From an uncultured Thalassolituus sp. (lineage in GTDB: Bacteria; Pseudomonadota; Gammaproteobacteria; Pseudomonadales; Oceanobacteraceae): a stretch of DNA of 64,000 nucleotides. This document shows positions 57,602 to 64,000 of this stretch, in pieces. Where the stretch lies: the NCBI RefSeq assembly GCF_950066645.1, contig NZ_CATMFB010000010.1, forward strand, positions 95,139-159,138, written 5' to 3'. The notes beneath the pieces were generated by a model, which was given only the letters and a program-made list of their open reading frames with translations, was not told the origin of the DNA and did no database searches. Each line of letters starts with the position of its first letter. The stretch's first letter is position 1. Both the position numbers and the translations under genes were made by a program.

Positions 57602-58483
57602 TTAAAAGCCGATGGCAACCCGGACCCGTTCGCGCCAACCGAGCACCGGTTTTACACTCTCGGTATCTGCAGCAGCGGCTTCGACGTGTTTTTCTGTGAT
57701 TGTGTTGTGTCCCTTGCCGAATGCCACCAGCAAGGCTTTATTAGCCAACACATTAATAAGACGCGGTGTGCCTTCACTGCTTAACCAGATAAGCCTGACA
57801 GCCGCACGTGTGAACAAAGGGGTTCCCTGATAACCTGCGCAGGAAAGACGATGATTCAGGTAGGTTCCGATCAACTCCGGAGCGCTGAGTGGCACGAGAG
57901 ACGCAGAGGTAGTAATCCGCTGCTTAAGCTGACGGAACGCCTGCTTATTCAGAATCACATCCAGTTCAGGCTGACCAAAAAGGACGATCTGAATCAACTT
58001 GCGACGTTCGGTCTCAAGGTTAGAAATCAGGCGTATCGCCTCAAGGGTTTCCGCCGGAAGTGTCTGCGCTTCATCGATCACCAGAACCAGGGGTTTACCG
58101 CTTCGGGCAATCTCAATTAACTGCTTTTCTACCGCATGGCGCAGTTCGCTCAGACGCTTATACCCGGACAGACCAATCTCAGCCCCCAGGGCCACCCAAA
58201 GGCCAGCGGGCGAGAGCGTCGGATTAGGAATATAGGCAGTTTCCGACTGATGAGAAGCAAGATAATTCAGCAGGCGACGACAAAGCAGTGTCTTTCCAGT
58301 GCCGACTTCGCCCGTCACTTTCACGAAGCCTTCCCCTGAAGACAGTGCAAAAAGGACAGACTCGAACGCCGCATCATGATGCGGCAGTTCGCAGTAGTAC
58401 CCGGTATCGGGTGTCAGTGAGAAGGGTGACTCTACAAGACCATAATGTGCTTCACAGGCCTGTTTAACTTCAGCAACGTCCAT
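57602..58483 (-). CDS. mshM: MSHA ExeA-family AAA ATPase
   Basis: PFSLTPDT, GEVGTGKTLLCR, IDEAQ, LFGQPEL, G.PRLIN. Confidence 0.92.
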   Translation of the reverse strand: MDVAEVKQACEAHYGLVESPFSLTPDTGYYCELPHHDAAFESVLFALSSGEGFVKVTGEVGTGKTLLCRRLLNYLASHQSETAYIPNPTLSPAGLWVALGAEIGLSGYKRLSELRHAVEKQLIEIARSGKPLVLVIDEAQTLPAETLEAIRLISNLETERRKLIQIVLFGQPELDVILNKQAFRQLKQRITTSASLVPLSAPELIGTYLNHRLSCAGYQGTPLFTRAAVRLIWLSSEGTPRLINVLANKALLVAFGKGHNTITEKHVEAAAADTESVKPVLGWRERVRVAIGF

Positions 58484-58486
58484 GGC

Positions 58487-60070
58487 TTACCACTCCGGCA
58501 GCAGTACACGGGAATAACGCTTATTCAGTTGATCGATCCGCTCCTGAGGAAGCTGTGTATCAATAATTCTTGGCTGGATAAGAATCACTAACTCGCTCTG
58601 TACTTTCGACTCGCGTTTCTGAGTAAACAGGCGACCGAGTAATGGAATATCCCCAAGCAGTGGAACCTTAGCGACGGTATCCGACGTACGGTTCTGCATC
58701 AGACCGCCGATCACTACAATCTGACCTGAGCGCGCGCGGATAATCGAGTCAGTTTCCCGTACCGTGCTGAACGCGAGTGGTAACGAGTACTGATCATCAT
58801 TCAGCTCAATCTTTTTAACTTTCTCTTCGACTTCCGTCACAGTCGGGTGCACATGAAGTGTTACGTCACCGTCGTCACCAATCTGAGGGGTGACATCGAG
58901 TGCAATACCTGAAAAGAAGGGCGTCAGTTCAATCTCAGGGGTATCAGACGTTCCGGTCACGGTCGCTGTTGTTGTGCTCTTGATGTCGGTGACAAAGAAC
59001 TCGTCGCTCCCCACTTTAATAACCGCTTTCTGGTTATTTACCGTGGCAATACGGGGACTGGACAGGACCTCCAGGTCACCCTGAGTTTCCAGCAGGCTGA
59101 GTGCGCCGCTGAAATCACCTGAATCGACACTCAGAGTGAATATACCGCTGATCAGATCAGGGTTTGCCAATGCGGTGGAGTTTTGCTGTGCATAGACAGC
59201 GTTGCTGTCAGACTGATTCGCGAGAGTGTCCCAGTTGATACCCGCCTGATAGCCTTTGTTTAATGTTACTTCGACGATCTTAGCTTCGATCAGAACCTGT
59301 TTCTGGACAGTCAACTCAGCCTGATCAAGGTATTTCTCGACCATATTCAGGGTCATGGGTAATGCCCGCGCAATCACCAGACCAGCATGAGCATCGACAA
59401 CTATCTGAGCCCCCTCTTCCCGGGAAATCATCAGATTCAGGGTTGAATTAAGCTCTTTCCAGAATTCTGAACCGGACGACGTTTCAACTTCGCTGGAGCT
59501 TTTCTGAGACGTTGCACCACCCGTAGACGCTGCATCGTCGGAGCTGTAATCCTGTGTTGCCGTGCCATTGCTGACGCGCATTCCTGAACGGCCACTGCGC
59601 TTAACGTTCAGGTAATTAATCGGAAACATCCGGGTCTGGGGGGCTTTGGGAAGAATCTGAATGCCATAGCCAGATTCAACAAAGTCGTACCCATACAGGT
59701 CACGAACCGCAGTCAGCGCTTCACGGACAGTGACGTCTTTCAGGTTCAGTGACACATTGCCATCAACATCCGGGTGAACGACCATGTTATAGCCTGTGCC
59801 ATCCACGAGACTGTTGAAGAATGCCCCTGCCGGGACTTTCGTTGCCGTCACATCGAAGCGTTCTTCCGCCTGCTTTGGCATCGCCACCGGCGGCAGGAGG
59901 CTCTGTGGATTCACCCCACCGACGACGGGCGCATCAGGAACAAGCAATGGACCTGCAACCGGCTCCTGAGAGGCTTCTTCACGGGGTGCATTAGCCGCAC
60001 ATGACGCCAGTAGTACAGACATCAGCAGTGTGGTAATTTTCAGCGTATCGTTCCGCATAATTCTGTTCAC
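58487..60070 (-). CDS. mshL: MSHA secretin
   Basis: Lipobox LASC; QVLIEAKIVEV; LSSPRI..VNNQKAVIKVG; KVPLLGDIP. Confidence 0.95.
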   Translation of the reverse strand: MNRIMRNDTLKITTLLMSVLLASCAANAPREEASQEPVAGPLLVPDAPVVGGVNPQSLLPPVAMPKQAEERFDVTATKVPAGAFFNSLVDGTGYNMVVHPDVDGNVSLNLKDVTVREALTAVRDLYGYDFVESGYGIQILPKAPQTRMFPINYLNVKRSGRSGMRVSNGTATQDYSSDDAASTGGATSQKSSSEVETSSGSEFWKELNSTLNLMISREEGAQIVVDAHAGLVIARALPMTLNMVEKYLDQAELTVQKQVLIEAKIVEVTLNKGYQAGINWDTLANQSDSNAVYAQQNSTALANPDLISGIFTLSVDSGDFSGALSLLETQGDLEVLSSPRIATVNNQKAVIKVGSDEFFVTDIKSTTTATVTGTSDTPEIELTPFFSGIALDVTPQIGDDGDVTLHVHPTVTEVEEKVKKIELNDDQYSLPLAFSTVRETDSIIRARSGQIVVIGGLMQNRTSDTVAKVPLLGDIPLLGRLFTQKRESKVQSELVILIQPRIIDTQLPQERIDQLNKRYSRVLLPEW

Positions 60071-60080
60071 AATCTGCTTC

Positions 60081-60410
60081 CTACTTCTTCTCAGAATGTT
60101 TAGTTCTTTTAATTAAAGACAGGGGTTGGTGTTTTTTCCTGATTTTCACGACAACCTGATCAGGAGTAATGCGCACAACGCGTGCGCCACTCACCGTATC
60201 CCCTTCCCGGACCAGAGTGCCGTTGATCACCGCACTCCGTTTTTCACCAGCCACCAGAATCTGCTGAAGCTCCAGTGATCGCTTCACGGCTGCCCTGGGC
60301 TTCACCTCGACCGGCGCGAACTGCGGCGGCCGCGTCGGATCACCGACGGCAAACAGAGTCGCAGGAAGAAACAACACAGCGGCCACCAGGCCTGTCAGAA
60401 TTTTATTCAC
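60081..60410 (-). CDS. mshK: MSHA biogenesis protein MshK
   Basis: DPTRPP, LQQI, AVING..V.EGD. Confidence 0.88.
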   Translation of the reverse strand: MNKILTGLVAAVLFLPATLFAVGDPTRPPQFAPVEVKPRAAVKRSLELQQILVAGEKRSAVINGTLVREGDTVSGARVVRITPDQVVVKIRKKHQPLSLIKRTKHSEKK

Positions 60411-61062
60411 TGAGAATTTCCTCCCGCGTACTTAATGTGAACACCTCCAGCAGAAGTTCGCCGTTGGGATATTCATCAATGCGGTAGTCAAGGGTCTGCC
60501 AGTAGAGCTTCCAGTTCATGGAATCGAGCCGGCGCAGGTAAGTCAGTAGCGACGGATAATCCGCCTGCATCCGGATTTCCACGCCGTGACGGTACAGGTC
60601 AACATCGGAGAATTCGGAATCTATGGCTACATTTTGGCCGGCTATATTTTTCAGACTGATCAGCTTCAGGCGCTGATCCTGAGTCATCATATTCTCGAAT
60701 ATCTCAGGCATATTTTCGGGTGCCACCAGAGTGTCGGTCAGCCCCTGAATTCGCTCATCAATGGTCTGTTTCTGCGCCGATATTTTCTGAATGTCATCAC
60801 GTACAGGTTCGTTCGGATCAAGCTGAGGAGAGTTGCGCAAACGCTCCAGGTGAGCCTGCATCCGCAGCACATTAGTTTCAATTTCGTTTGCCTGACGTCG
60901 CTCAGTCAGAGAGGAGTTCCACATAGGGCCAAAAATAAACAGCAGATAGACGCCCGCGACCAGAATGTGGCCGGTAATTACTGCCAGTTTTCTTTCGCGA
61001 GGATTTAAAGCCCGGTATTTTTCCAGCAGGTTGTCGACCTTGGGATTCTGCCACCACATCAT
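60403..61062 (-). CDS. mshJ: MSHA biogenesis protein MshJ (PilO/GspM-like)
   Basis: LNPRERKL, LYRHG, LYWQ..DY....YP, EVFTLS. Confidence 0.88.
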   Translation of the reverse strand: MMWWQNPKVDNLLEKYRALNPRERKLAVITGHILVAGVYLLFIFGPMWNSSLTERRQANEIETNVLRMQAHLERLRNSPQLDPNEPVRDDIQKISAQKQTIDERIQGLTDTLVAPENMPEIFENMMTQDQRLKLISLKNIAGQNVAIDSEFSDVDLYRHGVEIRMQADYPSLLTYLRRLDSMNWKLYWQTLDYRIDEYPNGELLLEVFTLSTREEILSE

Positions 61063-61742
61063 ATTCTTCCCTCCCGCGCGCGACGCATAATTTCTGCACT
61101 CGTGGTTACCTGAGCGGCGGGCTGAGCACTGTTTTTATCCGTGGGACGGGTATCCAGACGGAAACTCAACCAGGGTTTACCATCCGTTTTATGTACATCG
61201 ACAAAGCGGAACGCATGGTTACGGTAGCCACTGCGGCCCAGCAGGCTTGAGACATAGCGGGAAACCTTAGCGGGATCATCGGTAAAGCCTTCAATATTGA
61301 TCTGCTTACCTTCCTCGTAAAACGCAAAGCGTTGTAACCAGACTCCCCGCACGTCCTGTTCGCCCAGTTGCGAGACCATCGTCGTGAAGGAATGACTGCT
61401 GCGGAGATCCTGCTGAGTAAGAAAACGCAGAATTTTCTGGCTGCTTTCCAGGTTGCGCCTTGCCCTGTCCCGCTCGCTTACCAGAGCCTCATCCAGAGAA
61501 AGGGGTGGACGCTCGCGCTCGATATTCGCCACCTGCTGCTCGACCTCTGCCTGACGCAGAGTCATGCCATCAAGCCGGTGGCCCTGATAATAGAAATTGA
61601 TCATCAGGCCGAAGAGCACAATGACAAAAAGTACGGCATGCACAGCAACGCCGATAATCAGTCGCTCAAGATCGGAAGGAATTCTTGGAGGCTGGAACTC
61701 TTCCAGATAAAAATTAATTCTCTGTTTAACCTGCCAGTTCAT
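61059..61742 (-). CDS. MSHA biogenesis PilN-like protein (MshI2)
   Basis: KQRINFY, single TM, GVWLQRF; position between mshI and mshJ. Confidence 0.8.
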   Translation of the reverse strand: MNWQVKQRINFYLEEFQPPRIPSDLERLIIGVAVHAVLFVIVLFGLMINFYYQGHRLDGMTLRQAEVEQQVANIERERPPLSLDEALVSERDRARRNLESSQKILRFLTQQDLRSSHSFTTMVSQLGEQDVRGVWLQRFAFYEEGKQINIEGFTDDPAKVSRYVSSLLGRSGYRNHAFRFVDVHKTDGKPWLSFRLDTRPTDKNSAQPAAQVTTSAEIMRRAREGRI

Positions 61743-62670
61743 AGCTGAGCGCCCCTCCCAGTGCCATCACCAGTGAAGCAGTCAGGGGGGCCTCCCCTTC
61801 CTGGCGGTTAAAGCCACTTTCCAGGGACATCAGCCGGACCGGCGTGTTAATACGGTCTTCGATTTCACCGAGGGCGTCTGTGATTTCGACAAAGTCGGGC
61901 TGCATTACCCACAACTGCTCAACGGCACCTAAACCAAGCTGACTTTCGAAATAATCCATCGACCGCTGCAACTCCAGTGCGAGCACGTCGATACGGCTGT
62001 TTGGCTCCAGCATCAGGCCGCCTTCCTCGACGTTGAGCGTACTCAACCCAAGATCTTCGGTGCCCAAAGAAATCTGACGGGTAAAATAGAGAGCGCCGTT
62101 GCGATAGAGATAAATCACTCCGGCGTTGGCCTCCAGTCGCAACACAGCAACGCTGTCAGCTCGATCGACACTCGCAAGCAGATTGAGCGTGCACATTTCG
62201 TTGATGGTGATCTGCTGCAGATCAAGTTCGTACTCACGGCAGAAATCGACAATTTCCTGCAGATAAGCACGATCGGTGATCGCTGCAAAGGCCATATGCA
62301 TCCGCCCACGGTAAGCATCCCCGGGCAAAGGAAATGCCTGCAGAACTTTCTCTGCGGCACGTTCACTGACAATCTCATTGATGCGGAAACTGAGAGCGGC
62401 ACTGAGTTCGTCTTCCTCAACAGGAGGCGCCTCTACCAGCTGTAGCTCGTAGCGCATGGCATCCATACAGACCACCACCGGGATACCTGTAAGCTGATGC
62501 TCAGTCAGCCAGGCTCCCAGCGTATCAAACCCCTGTTCTTCGAAATCCGGAGCGAAACTGTTGATCACTCCACGGTCAGTGCGATGGACCGCCCAGACAC
62601 GGCCATGGTTGAGTTCGATACCGAGACAACCCTGCGCTGATAACTTCTTTCTGAGCCACGGCAGATGCAT
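61726..62670 (-). CDS. mshI: MSHA biogenesis protein MshI (PilM-like)
   Basis: YELQLVEAP.V...E...A, LALELQRSMDYFESQ. Confidence 0.88.
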   Translation of the reverse strand: MHLPWLRKKLSAQGCLGIELNHGRVWAVHRTDRGVINSFAPDFEEQGFDTLGAWLTEHQLTGIPVVVCMDAMRYELQLVEAPPVEEDELSAALSFRINEIVSERAAEKVLQAFPLPGDAYRGRMHMAFAAITDRAYLQEIVDFCREYELDLQQITINEMCTLNLLASVDRADSVAVLRLEANAGVIYLYRNGALYFTRQISLGTEDLGLSTLNVEEGGLMLEPNSRIDVLALELQRSMDYFESQLGLGAVEQLWVMQPDFVEITDALGEIEDRINTPVRLMSLESGFNRQEGEAPLTASLVMALGGALSYELAG

Positions 62671-62812
62671 GGCGATCCTCGCTTTCAGTAATACCCTGAA
62701 AATGAGTGTAGACCATGCTCAGAAGCTTGATGGTCTAAGCATAACGACCTGACTATAATGCGACTCACCCCTCATCCATACCGACCTGACTGGATAAATA
62801 ATCGCCGCTGTT

Positions 62813-63277
62813 ATGTTCAATATTGTTCTGTTTGAACCAGAGATTCCGCCCAATACAGGCAACATTATCCGCCTCTGTGCCAACACTGGCTGTCAGCTTC
62901 ACCTGATAGAGCCTTTGGGGTTCAGTATGGAAGAAAAGGCACTGCGTCGGGCAGGGCTCGACTATAGCGAGTTCACCAGCATCCGCATCCATGAGAGTTA
63001 CAGCGCCTTCCTGACCAGCGAACAGCCACAACGCCTGTTTGCCCTCACGACCAAAGGCACAGTGACCCATTCAGACGTTCGCTTTGACGCGGGTGATTAC
63101 CTGATGTTCGGCCCGGAAACCCGAGGGTTACCAGAAGACATCCGTCTGCAGATACCCCGGAATCAATGGCTACGGCTACCGATGCTGCCTGTCAGCCGCA
63201 GCATGAACCTGTCTAATGCGGTCTCCGTAATGGTATATGAAGCATGGCGTCAGAACGGGTATAATGGCGGGGAATAG
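62813..63277 (+). CDS. trmL: tRNA (cytidine/uridine34-2'-O)-methyltransferase
   Basis: [40 protein letters not shown]. Confidence 0.96.
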   Translation: MFNIVLFEPEIPPNTGNIIRLCANTGCQLHLIEPLGFSMEEKALRRAGLDYSEFTSIRIHESYSAFLTSEQPQRLFALTTKGTVTHSDVRFDAGDYLMFGPETRGLPEDIRLQIPRNQWLRLPMLPVSRSMNLSNAVSVMVYEAWRQNGYNGGE

Positions 63278-63309
63278 CTAACCCATTATTACCTCTGAGA
63301 GTCACACGG

Positions 63310-64000
63310 ATGTACAAGTCAGTTGCCACAGCGCTCGCCTGCGCCGTTTCCTGCCCGGCCGGCGCCAGTGTTTTCCCCTTTATCGATCCTATCAGCGCCG
63401 AAGACACTTCAATCCTCGGTCAGGTTGAGAGCTCAAAGTCCGTGTTTCAATGTATGGACGCACCTCTTGAGCACTTCAACGAGACCTCCGCAAAATTCGA
63501 TCGGCAAGGTTACCTGACGTCCCGTTCAACCATTTCCCAGAACCTGAATTACTTCCTGCACCCACTGGCTTCCATGGGCGAACTCAAGCAAGTGGTTTCG
63601 GGTGGTATTACCCAAAGCTATTCTATGCGCAATGATAGCCAGGGCGACGTTATGATCTTCGAAGGTGAGACCTTAAAAAGCGACGAGCGCCGCAGACCGA
63701 CCATCATTAAAGCGACAGCGACTACCCGGGATATCCGCGGCGAAGAGCGAAGAGTACAGATGGTACACGGACTGAAATATCAGCCGGGCCTGATTGTGAT
63801 CGACAACAGAATCAAAAGCACTGGGATTCCCACCGTTGCCTATAAATCTGTCGCCGAAGTTTCATCAACTGGTCGATTACTTCGACACACAGCCCAGAAC
63901 CCTGAAACAAAGGCCCTTCTTACTGACTACGAAGCGAAGTTCGAAGACGAACGCCCTACAGAAGAAGACACTTGGACTGGGGGCAAAGTACGTTTCTATT
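63310..64000 (+). CDS. Exported hypothetical protein, runs off the window end
   Basis: Manual translation open to the end: MYKSVATALACAVSCPAGASVFPFIDP...; signal-like N-terminus. Confidence 0.65.
   Translation, partial: MYKSVATALACAVSCPAGASVFPFIDPISAEDTSILGQVESSKSVFQCMDAPLEHFNETSAKFDRQGYLTSRSTISQNLNYFLHPLASMGELKQVVSGGITQSYSMRNDSQGDVMIFEGETLKSDERRRPTIIKATATTRDIRGEERRVQMVHGLKYQPGLIVIDNRIKSTGIPTVAYKSVAEVSSTGRLLRHTAQNPETKALLTDYEAKFEDERPTEEDTWTGGKVRFY

Noticed and set aside
1-64000. tRNA, rRNA, CRISPR arrays, IS elements, prophage or defence genes
   Set aside because: No cloverleaf, regular repeat-spacer array, transposase, integrase or phage motifs found on reading; tRNAscan and CRISPR finders were not run

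Overview
Chromosomal window from a marine gammaproteobacterium, inferred from gene content to be an Oceanospirillaceae / hydrocarbonoclastic-type organism (Thalassolituus-like; not verified). No rRNA, tRNA, CRISPR array, integrase or transposase was seen. Left part: dacC (partial), small membrane and hypothetical genes, a tandem pair of degenerate GGDEF proteins, and the proA-nadD-rsfS-rlmH-mrdA-rodA-mltB-rlpA cluster. Middle: a 39-aa ccoM-like gene missed by the ORF track, with a perfect FNR/ANR box; two GT4 glycosyltransferases with Pho-box-like promoters (one paired with a PAP2 phosphatase); a GAF-Fis regulator lacking the AAA+ domain; dinB with an SOS box; a decayed Tat-exported intradiol-dioxygenase-like pseudogene; a yybP-ykoY Mn riboswitch with a GDT1 exporter; and ntrBC under a sigma54/NtrC promoter. 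Right: a ~20 kb MSHA type IVa pilus locus (mshI to mshP) between ntrC and trmL. The most unusual feature is that this locus ends in three tandem MshQ-like adhesins. They share the C-terminal stalk but carry different heads: an aromatic-rich orphan domain, two reelin-like jelly-roll repeats with vicinal cysteines, and a single jelly-roll whose loops are Leu-rich hydrophobic motifs. This is a candidate interchangeable-tip pilus, possibly including a hydrophobic-surface (oil/lipid) adhesin.
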